Notes: generated by a model not told the origin, from the sequence alone. Shown: positions 1-10,633, numbered from the stretch's first letter. The stretch: DNA of 64,000 nucleotides from Christensenellales bacterium (GCA_045114775.1 JBGULC010000044.1:68264-132263); one strand, 5' to 3'. Program-made: numbers and translations.

Positions 1-195
1 CGTGCGCATTTGCAAGTACCGGACGAAAAAAACTGTTTCTCATTCTGAAAACGAAACGAAAGCCCGGCGGAAGAGCGCACTTGCTCACCGCCTTGCGGAG
101 TTGATATGTTTTCTTCAAGCAAAAAAACCTTCCGAGAAGAAACTGTTTCCCGGAATGTTCAAATCCGGTTCATTCCGAAAAACCGGAATTTGCCA

Positions 196-960
196 CTATA
201 GATTAACCACATATTCGGCGAGCGCAAGTGCTATGTCAAAATGTCCCGGATCATGCTGCGTGTGTTCGATTTGCCCTTTCTTTTTTCTGTCAGTCCATTC
301 TGGTGCATCCAGCAGATCTCCGCTTGTAAAGAACATGTACACTTCCAGCCCGCGGAAATCACAGACTGCCTGAACAGCAGAACCTTCCATTTCAACCGAA
401 ATGCAGCCGTCCGCCTTGTGCTTTTCAAAGTTATTGACAGTTTCCCTATAGAAAGCGTCTGTAGTCCAGGTTTTGCCCAAAACATACGGGATTCGGTTTT
501 CTTCCATGAAAGCTTTTACGATATCATGGTTTTTGATCCGGATATAGTCAGAGGCAGGCGCATAATGATAGGAGGTTCCTTCATCTCTGTAGGCTTCTGT
601 CGGAATCATGATCTTGCCTCTGGCAATTTCCTTCTCAAGGCATCCTGCTCCGCCATAATGGACGATCTTTTTCGTATCCAGGACAGTTGACAATTCTTCA
701 ATCGGGCCGATACAAGCAGGCGCTCCTACCCAGGTTCTGAAAAACCCGATTCTCTTCCCGTGGTGCCTGAGCAGATATACCGAAGTTGCTCCGCACGCCA
801 TCGCGTATTCTCCGACTTTCTCGCAGTCATAGTGAGCGATCACATACTTTTCAACTTCCTCTGAAAATGTGTAAATGACCGCATCAACCTGAACGGCGTT
901 ATCGTTTTTCTTTATATTGATCTTGGCAGGGGATTTATCATCAAAAGAATCTGTAATCAT
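196..960 (-). CDS. Nucleoside phosphorylase, PNP/UDP family 1 (uridine/purine nucleoside phosphorylase-like)
   Basis: 254-aa ORF. The GGAGCLEKEI..IPTEA and VEMEGSAV segments fit the PNP_UDP_1 fold. A hairpin plus T-run follows the stop (about 161-190). Confidence 0.7.
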   Translation of the reverse strand: MITDSFDDKSPAKINIKKNDNAVQVDAVIYTFSEEVEKYVIAHYDCEKVGEYAMACGATSVYLLRHHGKRIGFFRTWVGAPACIGPIEELSTVLDTKKIVHYGGAGCLEKEIARGKIMIPTEAYRDEGTSYHYAPASDYIRIKNHDIVKAFMEENRIPYVLGKTWTTDAFYRETVNNFEKHKADGCISVEMEGSAVQAVCDFRGLEVYMFFTSGDLLDAPEWTDRKKKGQIEHTQHDPGHFDIALALAEYVVNL

Positions 961-1087
961 CGGCTTTTCCTTTCTCCGTTATCTGCAGTATTTCAGGAAA
1001 TTGTCATTTGCCATATACTGCTATACCATCTCGCCAAATTTCGATTTATATCAATAATTCTATCATAAATGCAGGCACAACGCAACG

Positions 1088-1124
1088 AAAAAACACAGCC
1101 GATTGATAACCGGCTGTGTTTTTA
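1088..1124 (-). terminator. Rho-independent terminator downstream of the PHP gene
   Basis: 9-bp stem ACACAGCCG/CGGCTGTGT flanked by A-run and T-run. Confidence 0.6.
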
Positions 1125-1164
1125 AATCTTCTTTGACAGAACGCTTATGACGCCGGGCTTTCGG

Positions 1165-1995
1165 TCAGGTATTCATTCGTTTCGTCAGCGTTTCAAACGT
1201 TTGTTCCAGCACGGGAACGGGACGCCAGGCGCAGCCGATCGGCACGCCGGGGCGGTTGTCGCCGTGGAAGTCGCTGCCGCAGGTCACGAGCATGTGATAC
1301 TGCCGCGCAAGCGAAACATACATCTCGGTCTGTCGCGCCGTGGACGTCGGATAGTAGGCTTCGAGCCCCATCAGACCGAGATCGTACAGCTCGCGGATCA
1401 GCCCGTGCGGATTGTCGCGGATGTGGCACGGATGCGCAAGGATCGGAAGCCCGTCCGCGATATGGATGATGTCGATCACCTGCTGCGGCGTGAACCGCGG
1501 TTCGGTATAGTATCCGGGCGTTCCGGGACGAAGATACCGCGCAAACGCATCGCGCACGTCGTTTGCGTAACCCAGTTTGATGAGCGCGTGCGCGATGTGC
1601 AGCTTGGTCGTCATGGATTCCGGTCGGTTCACGGTCGCCTGCACGTCGTAGCCCGCTTCCTTTAGCTGTCGATAGATGATCTTGTTTCTGCGCTCGCGCC
1701 GTTCCCGCGCGATCTCCAGCGCGCGCAAAAGCGTCGGATTGTTCGGATCGACGTCGAGCCCGATGATATGCAGCTCGTGCCGCCATTCATTGTCCATCTC
1801 GACCGCCGGAAGCACCGGCACGCCGCATTCCTTTCCCGCTTCGACCGCTTCCTTTACGCCCATCATGCTGTCATGATCGGTCAGCGCAAGCAGCTTGATC
1901 TTGCCGCGCGCAGCGGTGTGCACGATCTCCGAGGGCGTGACCGTGCCGTCGGAGATGATGCTGTGCGTATGCAGATCGAAGCGGTTTTCTTCCAT
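1165..1995 (-). CDS. PHP-domain metal-dependent phosphoesterase (TrpH/YciV-like)
   Basis: 276 aa. N-terminal DLHTHSxxSDG motif, later LTDHD and HP/HG histidine clusters typical of the PHP fold. ATG start at 1995. Confidence 0.8.
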   Translation of the reverse strand: MEENRFDLHTHSIISDGTVTPSEIVHTAARGKIKLLALTDHDSMMGVKEAVEAGKECGVPVLPAVEMDNEWRHELHIIGLDVDPNNPTLLRALEIARERRERRNKIIYRQLKEAGYDVQATVNRPESMTTKLHIAHALIKLGYANDVRDAFARYLRPGTPGYYTEPRFTPQQVIDIIHIADGLPILAHPCHIRDNPHGLIRELYDLGLMGLEAYYPTSTARQTEMYVSLARQYHMLVTCGSDFHGDNRPGVPIGCAWRPVPVLEQTFETLTKRMNT

Positions 1996-1996
1996 G

Positions 1997-4072
1997 TTAT
2001 TCCTTTACCGTGTCGTCCGTTTCAGGTTCTTCGTCCGTATTCCCGTTCTGCGAGGGATCCTGCGTTTCGGGGCCGTGATCCTCTTCCTGCTTGGGTTCCG
2101 TTTCCGGCTTCGCCATCACGGCGTCCGGGTCCTGTCCCTCGAGCACGGCGACGAACTGTTCGCCCGTGACGCGTTCGTATTTCAGCAGCAGCTTTGCGCA
2201 GGCGTCCAGCCCCTCGCGATGTTCTCTCAGGATCTTTTCGGCGCGATCGAACTGGCCCTCGAGGATCGAACGCATTTCGGCGTCAATCTTGGCGGAGAGC
2301 GCCTCGGAATAGTTCTTGGCGTGCCCCCAGTCCTTCGCGATGAATACCTCGGTGTCGCCGCCCAGGAAGACGGGACCGACCGCGTCGGACATGCCGTATT
2401 CCTCGACCATCTTGCGCGCGGTCTGCGTCGCCTGCTTGAGGTCCTGTACGGCGCCGGTGGAGACGTCGGTGAACACGATCTTTTCGGCGACTCTGCCGCC
2501 CATCGTCATGCAGATCTCATCGAGCATGTGCGAGCGCAGCGTATGGTGGATGTCCTCCTTCGGAAGCGTCATCGTGTAACCAGCCGCCCAGCCGCGGGAA
2601 ATGATTGAGACCTCGTGCAGATCGTCGCAGTTTTCGAGCTCGTGCGCAAGGATCGCGTGACCGCATTCGTGGTACGCTGTGATCTCCTTGTCCTTCTCGG
2701 TAACGACGCGGCTCTTCTTTTCGGGACCCATCTGCACGCGGGTGACGGCCTCCTCGAGGTCCGCCTGCGTGATCTCCCTGCGGTTGTCGCGCGTGCAGAG
2801 GATCGCCGCCTCGTTGAGGATGTTTTCAAGGTCCGCGCCGGTAAAGTACGGCGTGCGCCGTGCGAGCGTCTTCAGACTGACGTCCTTTGCAAAATGCTTG
2901 TTGCGCGCATGGACCTCCAGGATCTCCTCGCGTCCCTTCACGTCGGGATAGCCAACCGTGATGCGCCGGTCGAACCGGCCGGGGCGCAGCAGCGCCGGGT
3001 CGAGAATGTCCGCACGGTTCGTCGCCGCCATGACGATGATACCCTCGTTGGCGGAGAAGCCGTCCATTTCGACAAGGAGCTGATTGAGCGTTTGCTCGCG
3101 TTCGTCGTGACCGCCGCCTAAGCCTGCGCCGCGCTGACGGCCGACCGCGTCGATCTCGTCGATGAAGATGACGGCGGGCGAGCTGCGCTTGGCCGTTTCA
3201 AAGAGATCGCGTACGCGGGACGCGCCGACGCCGACGAACATCTCGACGAAATCCGAGCCGGAGATGCTGAAGAACGGAACGCCCGCTTCGCCTGCGACGG
3301 CTCGCGCCATCAGCGTTTTGCCGGTGCCCGGAGGTCCGACGAGCAGAACGCCCTTCGGGATCCGCGCGCCGTTTTCGGTGAAGCGCTTATGGTCGCGCAT
3401 GAAGTCGACGACCTCCTTGAGCTCCTCCTTCTCTTCGACGAGCCCTGCGACGTCCTTGAACGTGACCTTGTCCTTGTTCGGATCGTTGAGCTTCGCGCGC
3501 GCCTTGGAGAAGTTCATCATCTGCTTGCCGCCGCCCTGCGAACGGTAGATGAATACCATCAGGACGATCATCAGGATCACCATCGGCAGATACTGCAGCA
3601 GATAGAACCACCACGGCGTGCCCTCGGGCAGCGCGCTTTTCAGCACAAAGCCGTAATCGTTTGCCGTAATGCGGTCCATGTCCGCCTTTTCGGCAGGATC
3701 GGTCTTGCTTTGATCGAGCTTGTCTGCGACAAGGACCTTCATGTTCTCATAGAACTGGTCGTTGTCGATGTGCATGACAAACTCAGCCTTCGAGGGCAGC
3801 GAGGTCGCGTCGAGCTCGCTGGTTGTGTAAATGCCGTAGAAAGTACCGCCCGCAATGACCTCGTAGACCGCCTTGATCTTGCCGTCCTTGTAGGCTTCGG
3901 AGAACTCGGTGAAGTTGATCTCCTTCGGTTCCTTCGACGAGCATCCGTTCGTGACCATGAAGATCAGAAGCCCGAGGATCAGGGCCCAGATCAGTACGGT
4001 CAGGACACGGCCGCCGCGGAAGCCGCCCTGTCCCGGTTCCTTATTGCGATTGTTGTTGGGATTGAATTCCAA
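1997..4072 (-). CDS. ftsH: ATP-dependent zinc metalloprotease FtsH
   Basis: 691 aa. Two N-terminal TM segments, Walker A GPPGTGKT, Walker [10 protein letters not shown], zinc site HECGHA. TTG start 5 nt after GGAGG. Conserved tilS-hpt-ftsH order. Confidence 0.97.
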   Translation of the reverse strand: MEFNPNNNRNKEPGQGGFRGGRVLTVLIWALILGLLIFMVTNGCSSKEPKEINFTEFSEAYKDGKIKAVYEVIAGGTFYGIYTTSELDATSLPSKAEFVMHIDNDQFYENMKVLVADKLDQSKTDPAEKADMDRITANDYGFVLKSALPEGTPWWFYLLQYLPMVILMIVLMVFIYRSQGGGKQMMNFSKARAKLNDPNKDKVTFKDVAGLVEEKEELKEVVDFMRDHKRFTENGARIPKGVLLVGPPGTGKTLMARAVAGEAGVPFFSISGSDFVEMFVGVGASRVRDLFETAKRSSPAVIFIDEIDAVGRQRGAGLGGGHDEREQTLNQLLVEMDGFSANEGIIVMAATNRADILDPALLRPGRFDRRITVGYPDVKGREEILEVHARNKHFAKDVSLKTLARRTPYFTGADLENILNEAAILCTRDNRREITQADLEEAVTRVQMGPEKKSRVVTEKDKEITAYHECGHAILAHELENCDDLHEVSIISRGWAAGYTMTLPKEDIHHTLRSHMLDEICMTMGGRVAEKIVFTDVSTGAVQDLKQATQTARKMVEEYGMSDAVGPVFLGGDTEVFIAKDWGHAKNYSEALSAKIDAEMRSILEGQFDRAEKILREHREGLDACAKLLLKYERVTGEQFVAVLEGQDPDAVMAKPETEPKQEEDHGPETQDPSQNGNTDEEPETDDTVKE

Positions 4073-4112
4073 TTTATCCTCCGTTTTTGGGGTTATCCCC
4101 GAATTGCCGGGA

Positions 4113-4667
4113 TCAGCTGTAGATCTCGGGCTTCAAAACGCCCACGAAGGGCAGATTGCGATATTTCTGCTTGTAATCGAGGCCGTAGCCGACGACGAAC
4201 TTGTTCGGGATCACGAAGCCGCAGTAGTCCGGCGTGATCTCGCACTCGCGGCGCTCCGGCTTATCCAGGAAGCAGCAGGAGCGGATCGAGGCGGGCTGAC
4301 GCTCGCTCAGAAGGCGCGTCAGGTAGGAAAGCGTAAGGCCGCTGTCCATGATGTCCTCCGCGATCAAAACATGCTTGCCGGTGATGCTCGAGTCCATGTC
4401 CTTGGTGATGCGAACGATGCCGCTGGTCTTCTGCGCGTCGCCGTAGCTCGAAATCGCCATAAAGTCCATCTTCGCGTGTATGCTGATCGCGCGGATCAGG
4501 TCCGCAAAGAAGATGCTCGCGCCTTTCAGCACGCAGAGCACGATAATCTCCTCGCCGTCATAATCCTTCGAGATCTGATCGCCGAGCTCCTGTACGCGTT
4601 TTTTGATCTGTTCTTCGCTGAGCAGAACCTCTTCGATGTCCTGCTGCATGAATGCCTTACCCCACAT
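4113..4667 (-). CDS. hpt: Hypoxanthine-guanine phosphoribosyltransferase
   Basis: 184 aa. PRPP loop VLIAEDIMDSGLTLS. GGAGGA RBS. Sits between tilS and ftsH. Confidence 0.95.
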   Translation of the reverse strand: MWGKAFMQQDIEEVLLSEEQIKKRVQELGDQISKDYDGEEIIVLCVLKGASIFFADLIRAISIHAKMDFMAISSYGDAQKTSGIVRITKDMDSSITGKHVLIAEDIMDSGLTLSYLTRLLSERQPASIRSCCFLDKPERRECEITPDYCGFVIPNKFVVGYGLDYKQKYRNLPFVGVLKPEIYS

Positions 4668-4669
4668 AG

Positions 4670-5980
4670 TCAGTCCTCCTCATAATGATAGTGTAGAATA
4701 TGCGTCGAATCCGTGCGAACGCGCATCCGTTCGTCGACCGTGTATCCCGCGACAAAGACGATCCCCGCCTCGTCACATACGACCGGCATGCTCCGCTCGA
4801 ACCGCGGTATTTTCCGGTCGGTAAAGCAATCGCTCAGAAGCTTTGTGCCGCGCATGCCGAGCGGCGTAAACCGATCGCCCGGCTTCGGGCTTCTGACGGT
4901 GACCGAGCCTGTGAGTCTGTCCGCGTCGATGTACGCGTCCGAGCCCTTGCACGGGATCTCTGCGCGATCGACGCGTTCGACCGAAAGCGTTCCGTGCGGA
5001 AGCTTTACGGATCCCGTCTCCGGCATCTTTTCGCAGAACGTCGGCGTTTCCGGTCTTCCGACGCGGATCTCCTTTGCGTCGAGCCATGCGACGACGCCGT
5101 TTTTCAGCGTCGCGGTATCGCCGGTCTGACCATGAAGCAGCGTATCGAGCCGATCGAGGTCCGCCGCCGTGAAATCTGTATACGGAAGCAGATCACGAAG
5201 CACCCGGAGTCGGATCGACCGCGGCAGCGCGGAGAGTTTTTCCCGATCCCGTCCGCACGTCCGCTTCGCTTGGTCCGCAAGCGCGTTCAGGTATTCGACG
5301 TCCTCCGCAATGTGCATTGCCGCGTCGGACAGCGCCTTCTTTGCCGCCGGATTGACCGTCTCAAGCGCTGGGATCACGTCGATCCGGATACGGTTTCTTG
5401 TGGCGTCGGTCTCAAAGTTGGTGGCGTCCGTGCAAAAGCCCTGTCTGCGTTCCTTCAGGTATGCGACGATCTCCGTCTTCGGCGTATAAAGCAGCGGACG
5501 GATCAGCCTGCCCGAACGAACGCGCATGCCCGCAAGTCCGTCGGTCCCGCTCCCGCGCAGAAGATGCAGCAGCAGCGTTTCCGCCTGATCGTCCCGATGA
5601 TGGCCCAAAGCAATGTGATCGAGTGACCGTTCCGACCGCACGCGTTCGAGAAACGCATAGCGTATTTTGCGCGCCGCAAGCTCCAAAGAGAGACCTTCCT
5701 CCTCCGCCGCCTTCGGCACGTCCGCAAATTCGGTAACAAGCGGAACGTTCCGTTCTTCGCAAAGCGCGCGCACAAAGGCAGTATCGGCGTCCGCTTCCGT
5801 TCCGCGAATGCCGTGATGCAGATGCGCCGCCTCCACGCGGGAGATCAGGCCGTTTCTTTGAAGCGTGAGAAGCTCCAGCAGCAATGCCACGGAGTCAGCC
5901 CCGCCGGACAGCGCGACCAGCACGCCGTCGGAGGGTTCAACGCCGCAGCGCCGCCATGTCGGTTCGGTCCACAGCAACAT
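4670..5980 (-). CDS. tilS: tRNA(Ile)-lysidine synthase
   Basis: PP-loop motif ALSGGADSVALL, C-terminal TilS substrate domain. The track ORF starts at a TTG (5989); the ATG at 5980 is the more likely start. Confidence 0.9.
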   Translation of the reverse strand: MLLWTEPTWRRCGVEPSDGVLVALSGGADSVALLLELLTLQRNGLISRVEAAHLHHGIRGTEADADTAFVRALCEERNVPLVTEFADVPKAAEEEGLSLELAARKIRYAFLERVRSERSLDHIALGHHRDDQAETLLLHLLRGSGTDGLAGMRVRSGRLIRPLLYTPKTEIVAYLKERRQGFCTDATNFETDATRNRIRIDVIPALETVNPAAKKALSDAAMHIAEDVEYLNALADQAKRTCGRDREKLSALPRSIRLRVLRDLLPYTDFTAADLDRLDTLLHGQTGDTATLKNGVVAWLDAKEIRVGRPETPTFCEKMPETGSVKLPHGTLSVERVDRAEIPCKGSDAYIDADRLTGSVTVRSPKPGDRFTPLGMRGTKLLSDCFTDRKIPRFERSMPVVCDEAGIVFVAGYTVDERMRVRTDSTHILHYHYEED

Positions 5981-6080
5981 GATACACAACTCCGAGAATA
6001 ATTAACCATAGTTTACCCCGAATCTGCATTTTTTGCAAGTGGCAAATGTGAAATCAACATGACATTTCGGAAAAATGTAA

Positions 6081-6106
6081 CAAAAAAGCCCCGATGTCGG
6101 GGCTTT
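6081..6106 (-). terminator. Rho-independent terminator after the dehydrogenase gene
   Basis: AAAGCCCCG-atgt-CGGGGCTTT stem-loop with a T-run on the minus strand. Confidence 0.65.
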
Positions 6107-6113
6107 CGGGAAA

Positions 6114-7061
6114 TCAGTTTACGACGTTGACCGGATATCCGTAGACGAACGATCGAAGGTTTTCGGCCGATATGTCGATGATCTTCTGCCGCATCGGCTT
6201 CGGCGTCCACGCGTAATGCGAGGTGATCAGGCAGTTCGGCGCGCTCATCAACGGATTCCTGAGCCGGATCGGCTCCTCGCTGACGACGTCGGCCGCATAG
6301 CCTGCGATCTTCCCGGACCGAAGCGCGTCGCACACGTCCGTTTCCGAGATCAAGCTGCCGCGCGACGTATTGATGAGCAGCACGCCGTCCTTCATTTTCG
6401 CGATCGTATCCTTTCGGATCAGTCCCACCGTGTCCGCCTTCGACGGGCAGTGCAGAGAAATCACGTCGGATTCTCTCAGAAGCGTGTCGAGCGAAACATA
6501 CGTGCCGAAAAAGCCCTGCTTTTCCGAAGGATTCACGCCGAGCACGCGCATGCCCAGCGCCTCCGCGATCTTCGAAACGCGCGTGCCGATCCGCCCGCAG
6601 CCGACGATCCCGATCGTTTTGCCGCAAAGCAGCGTCGGCGCGATCTCGAACCATGAGAAATCCGGTTGCGCCGTCCACGCGCCCTGCCGCACGAGCGAGG
6701 CATGGTATTCGACATGCTGGCACAGTGCAAGAAGCAGCGCGATCGCATGCTGCGCAACGGCTTCGGTGCTGTACGCGGGTACGTTGCATACCGTGATCCC
6801 ACGTTCCTTTGCCGCCGCCGTATCGACGACGTCGTAGCCGGTCGCAAGCACGCCGATGAATTTCAGCTGCCGCGCGCCTAAGATGATCTCACGGTTCAGC
6901 TTCACCTTGTTGACAAAGACCGCCTCCGCGCCGCGCAGCCGCTGCGCGACCATATCCGGATGCGTGCGATCGTACACCGAAAGCGTACCGAGCTTTTTAA
7001 GCGGACTCCAGTCCACGTCGCCCGGATTCACGCAATATCCGTCCAAAACCACGATCTGCAT
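6114..7061 (-). CDS. D-isomer-specific 2-hydroxyacid dehydrogenase (glycerate/hydroxypyruvate reductase-like)
   Basis: The true start is MQIVVLDG at 7061 behind GAGGAGGG. NAD-binding motif GKTIGIVGCGRIGTRV. The upstream part of the 450-aa track ORF overlaps tRNA-Ser and is not coding. Confidence 0.85.
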   Translation of the reverse strand: MQIVVLDGYCVNPGDVDWSPLKKLGTLSVYDRTHPDMVAQRLRGAEAVFVNKVKLNREIILGARQLKFIGVLATGYDVVDTAAAKERGITVCNVPAYSTEAVAQHAIALLLALCQHVEYHASLVRQGAWTAQPDFSWFEIAPTLLCGKTIGIVGCGRIGTRVSKIAEALGMRVLGVNPSEKQGFFGTYVSLDTLLRESDVISLHCPSKADTVGLIRKDTIAKMKDGVLLINTSRGSLISETDVCDALRSGKIAGYAADVVSEEPIRLRNPLMSAPNCLITSHYAWTPKPMRQKIIDISAENLRSFVYGYPVNVVN

Positions 7062-7082
7062 ACCCGATCCCTCCTCGCCTTT

Positions 7083-7111
7083 ATTGTACGCCGCCACAGA
7101 TGGGAAAGCAA
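7083..7111 (-). promoter_or_regulatory. Sigma-A-type promoter of the dehydrogenase gene
   Basis: Minus strand TTGCTT-17 nt-TACAAT, about 20 nt upstream of the RBS. Confidence 0.5.
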
Positions 7112-7333
7112 ATGAACAAACTATAAAATCGGAGGAATAATCAAAGACCGCTCGGTCGAATCCCTTCATCAAAACGAAAACAGCGTATCCTTTCGCGCCG
7201 TCAGGCGCGTCCCCGCAAAAAATTGGCAGCGACAGTGAGCCGTTATGAGCGCGTTTACAAGCGAATAGGCGAACTGAGCGTGATTTTTTGCGGAAAGGAG
7301 CCGCAACCGAGAGGGTGAGCGGTGACATTTTCT

Positions 7334-7379
7334 CCAAAAAGAGAAATGTCGCCGCGAACGATTCGAGGTTCGCGGCGAC
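7334..7379 (-). terminator. Terminator immediately downstream of tRNA-Ser
   Basis: 12-bp stem GTCGCCGCGAAC/GTTCGCGGCGAC followed by ATTTCTCTTTTT on the minus strand. Confidence 0.7.
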
Positions 7380-7380
7380 G

Positions 7381-7472
7381 TGGCGCAGAGAGAGGGATTC
7401 GAACCCTCGATACCGTTCCCGGTATACACGATTTCCAGTCGTGCGCCTTAGACCAAGCTCAGCCATCTCTGC
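7381..7472 (-). tRNA. tRNA-Ser (anticodon GGA)
   Basis: Hand-folded. Acceptor GCAGAGA/TCTCTGC, anticodon loop CUGGAAA, long variable arm, TTCGAATCC T-loop, encoded CCA. Confidence 0.9.
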
Positions 7473-7605
7473 ACGGCTCCTTCAAGGACCTTTGCTATCT
7501 TACAACAATCCGGCGAAAAAAGCAAGATATATTTTCACTTCCGCAAAAATATTTTGAAAAACCTCTTGCAATTTTATGAAAAGCGTGTATAATGGTTCAT
7601 GTTCG

Positions 7606-7681
7606 CGGGGCATTAGCACAGTTGGTAGCGCGCAACGTTCGCAATGTTGAGGTCAGGAGTTCGAATCTCCTATGCTCCACC
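7606..7681 (+). tRNA. tRNA-Ala (anticodon CGC)
   Basis: Hand-folded 76 nt. Acceptor GGGGCAT/ATGCTCC with the G3:U70 alanine identity pair, anticodon loop UUCGCAA, encoded CCA. Confidence 0.9.
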
Positions 7682-7802
7682 AGATAACGGCAGTCAAACG
7701 GCTGCCGCTATTTTTTTTGCTTTTCCACCGTTCGTTTTCGCGATTGATTTTCCGCGCGGCGGATGGTATAGTATATGCAATGATTTTATGAAGGAGCGCT
7801 GT

Positions 7803-9128
7803 ATGGCGAAGCATAAGAAAAAGACAACCGTTCGGTCCGAATCGGTTCCCGCCGTGTCCGATCCCGCGCCGAAGGAACCGTCCGAAAACCGTATGAAGCA
7901 TATTCTGAAAAACGTCCGGTCGAAGGCTTCGGCCGTTATGCACGATTCGGATCAGACAAGCGCTGCGGGCTTTACCGTACCGAAGCTTACGCGCAGGTTT
8001 CGGCCGAAGCGCCGCGAAAAGATCTGCCGCGCGATCGCTGGAAACGACATCAAATACCGCGGACCGCTTTCCTACCGCTATCTGCGGATCCTTGCATGGC
8101 TGATGTGCGCGCTTGCCGTCGGCGGTTCCACACTCTCGCTTACATACAAGCTGGTCCCGAATCTTCTTCCGATCGTCGGCGAGCTCGGAATGCGGTTCTC
8201 TACGCTGTTGAATTATGCGCTGCCGCTGTTCATGCTCGCGAACTTCGCCGTGATTCTGAACGCAAAAAACGGCTATAAGAAGCTGCTTTTGACGTACGCA
8301 ATCTTTGCGGCGCTGCTTTCCGGCGGCTTTCTTTTGGTCATGGATCGCTATATCATCGGAAGTCTCGAGGTGCTGCTCGACAGTCGCGAGTCAGCGGAAT
8401 TTATGTTTGACAGCGTCCTTCACATGATCTTCGGCAAGGGCTTTTTCGCGTTCAACATCTTTATCGACCTGTTCCTGTGCACGGCGCTGAGCTTCTTCCT
8501 GTCCTATCGTCCGAAGCATGTGTTCAAGGGAAAGCTGCACTTCATTTTCCGGCTTTTTGCGATCTTTCCCATTCTGTATGAGATCCTGTCCGTCATGCTT
8601 AAAATGCTTGCGAGCATGAACATCATCGTTCTGCCGCACACCGTCTGGCCGCTGCTGACGACAAAGCCGCCGATCGTTTTCATCATCTTTCTTGCGATCG
8701 CGATCTACGTCAAAAGACGGGAACGCAGATTCCGCAAAAGCGGCTTCACAATGCTTGAGTATCAGCGGTATCTCCGGACGAATCACAATTCCTGGAACTT
8801 TTCCCTGCACGTATTCCTGATCTTCATTGTCGGTACATTCATAGACTTTATCACGTATATGATCTATCCGGCCATTCTGTCCGTATTTTTCACCTCAGCC
8901 TCCGACTTAACAATCACGACGGACGTATACATAGCCGCCATGAACGTCGGCTTCGGCCGCGGTCTTTCGCTGATCCTCCTTTCCCCGATCGTACTGCTGT
9001 TTTCCTATACGAAGCGGCATAAGAACCCCATCGTCGACAAACTGATCCCGGTCGGCGGGGTCGCGCTCATCATTGTGTTCGAGATCGAGCTGATCTACCA
9101 GATGATCCGTATGATCCCGAATCTCTGA
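7803..9128 (+). CDS. Polytopic membrane protein of unknown function with a basic N-terminal cytoplasmic region
   Basis: ATG at 7803 behind AAGGAG (the track start at 7644 overlaps tRNA-Ala). About 10 hydrophobic segments. No recognisable catalytic motif. Confidence 0.6.
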   Translation: MAKHKKKTTVRSESVPAVSDPAPKEPSENRMKHILKNVRSKASAVMHDSDQTSAAGFTVPKLTRRFRPKRREKICRAIAGNDIKYRGPLSYRYLRILAWLMCALAVGGSTLSLTYKLVPNLLPIVGELGMRFSTLLNYALPLFMLANFAVILNAKNGYKKLLLTYAIFAALLSGGFLLVMDRYIIGSLEVLLDSRESAEFMFDSVLHMIFGKGFFAFNIFIDLFLCTALSFFLSYRPKHVFKGKLHFIFRLFAIFPILYEILSVMLKMLASMNIIVLPHTVWPLLTTKPPIVFIIFLAIAIYVKRRERRFRKSGFTMLEYQRYLRTNHNSWNFSLHVFLIFIVGTFIDFITYMIYPAILSVFFTSASDLTITTDVYIAAMNVGFGRGLSLILLSPIVLLFSYTKRHKNPIVDKLIPVGGVALIIVFEIELIYQMIRMIPNL

Positions 9129-9214
9129 CGCCGCATCTTTTGCGTTCAAGCAGAGCGTTTCCGAATCGAAAAACAGCACGGTATTTCGCCGCGCTGCTTT
9201 TATTTTGGAACTGT

Positions 9215-10567
9215 TCAGAAGATCGGATCGCCGGATTTGTCGACGATTGTCAGCAGAATGCCGCGTTCGCTGCCGGATTCGAGCGGCATATACGTTGCGC
9301 ACATCCGTCCGCGATGATCTCCGGTAAAGTTCATGCAAAGCGCCGTATAGTCGTCTCCCCGAACGATCTTCGTCTTCATGGTATCCGGCCAGAACAGGGC
9401 GAGTGTTCCGGTGCTGCCGTCACGTACAATCAGCGTTCTGCCGTCTTCCAGAATGTCGATCAACGTGAATACGCCTTCGGCGCCTTTTTCGCCCGTTACG
9501 TCCGCAAGAGGAACGGCTGAAAGCTTCTTTCCCTTGATCTTCAGCGCCGAAACCTCCCCCGTCTTTCGGTTCACGAGCCGCGGAGTCGTTATGCCCATGC
9601 CGACAGGCTCGGCGATCACGAAACCCGGATCGTTGGAAACGATGCGGTAACCGGAGGAATTGCGATCTTCTCCGATCATATATTGCTCCGTTCCGCCGTC
9701 GGGACGACGGATGCAGAGCCAATCCTCCTCATACACTTCTTTTTCGACATACGACTGCTCCGTAATGATCGCAGCCATGCTGCCGTCCTTCAGATACGCA
9801 AGGTTATTGCATGTGTTGACCCACTTGTCGCCCTTCGGCTTGTAGCCGAACGTATCGTTGATCTTCATCACCCGGAAGGAGAAATCCGCGGTATCGAAAA
9901 TTGCCGCATTGATCACGTTGTACCGTCCGAGGATCTTGGTCCCGATTGCCGAATACGGTTCAAAGGTCCCGCCTTCGTCCCGGAACGCGGGATACAGCAC
10001 GCCGGTTTTGACGTCGAGCGCGCCGCTGAAGCCGTAATTGTTGTCCCTCACAAACAGGAAATCGTTTTCCGCAGAGGTCAGACAGGATCCCGTATTTCGC
10101 AGCATGAGCGGGAACGGATCGAATTTGAAAATATCGAATCCATGCAGCGTATTGAGCTTTTCTTCGAACTCGGCAAGCTTGTCCTTATTGGATATCATCC
10201 GCTGCGCGCTGAATAAGACAGCTTTTCTGCACGCTTCTTCGGTGTACTCAATGCGAAATTCGCTCAGCGTGATCTTTGTCTTTTTGCCCGATTCCAGATC
10301 CCGCAGTTCCGGCGTTTCGCCCTGATGCGACGATATAAAGAGGCCGGTATGTCCGTCGTTCGCAATCACAACGAGAACATGCGGATCGTCCTCACGATAG
10401 GTGTGCCCGACGTTGATCGTCAGGTCCTTTGTAAACAGATCGACCGTCTCGGCCTCCGGCTGTTCCCCGTCCGCAGTCTGCTTTACGCCGTCCGTTTTGC
10501 AGGCTGTAAGCAAAAACATGAGGAGCCAGATCATCAGCAGAGAAACAATTCTTTTGAAAACGCGCAT
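9215..10567 (-). CDS. Secreted lipoprotein of unknown function
   Basis: Signal peptide with lipobox LLTAC. The second ATG (10567) has the better GGAGG spacing. No recognisable family. Confidence 0.6.
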   Translation of the reverse strand: MRVFKRIVSLLMIWLLMFLLTACKTDGVKQTADGEQPEAETVDLFTKDLTINVGHTYREDDPHVLVVIANDGHTGLFISSHQGETPELRDLESGKKTKITLSEFRIEYTEEACRKAVLFSAQRMISNKDKLAEFEEKLNTLHGFDIFKFDPFPLMLRNTGSCLTSAENDFLFVRDNNYGFSGALDVKTGVLYPAFRDEGGTFEPYSAIGTKILGRYNVINAAIFDTADFSFRVMKINDTFGYKPKGDKWVNTCNNLAYLKDGSMAAIITEQSYVEKEVYEEDWLCIRRPDGGTEQYMIGEDRNSSGYRIVSNDPGFVIAEPVGMGITTPRLVNRKTGEVSALKIKGKKLSAVPLADVTGEKGAEGVFTLIDILEDGRTLIVRDGSTGTLALFWPDTMKTKIVRGDDYTALCMNFTGDHRGRMCATYMPLESGSERGILLTIVDKSGDPIF

Positions 10568-10633
10568 ACCCATACCTCCAATTATAATATATAATTATAT
10601 CATGATCGCCCGAATTTGTAAACCTCCGCGGCA

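Noticed and set aside
2-373. 123-aa plus-strand ORF at the window edge.
   Set aside because: It overlaps the terminator and the 3' end of the minus-strand nucleoside phosphorylase gene. It has an odd composition and no RBS.
7181-7345. Riboswitch or leader for the 2-hydroxyacid dehydrogenase gene.
   Set aside because: A good TTGCTT-17-TACAAT promoter lies downstream of this block (7083-7111), so the block is probably not part of the mRNA.
7062-7466. N-terminal 135 codons of the 450-aa track ORF 6114-7466.
   Set aside because: This part runs through tRNA-Ser (7381-7472), its terminator and a promoter. The dehydrogenase homology starts at MQIVVLDG (7061), which has a strong RBS.
7644-7802. Upstream extension of the membrane-protein ORF.
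   Set aside because: It overlaps the 3' half of tRNA-Ala. A good AAGGAG RBS precedes the ATG at 7803.
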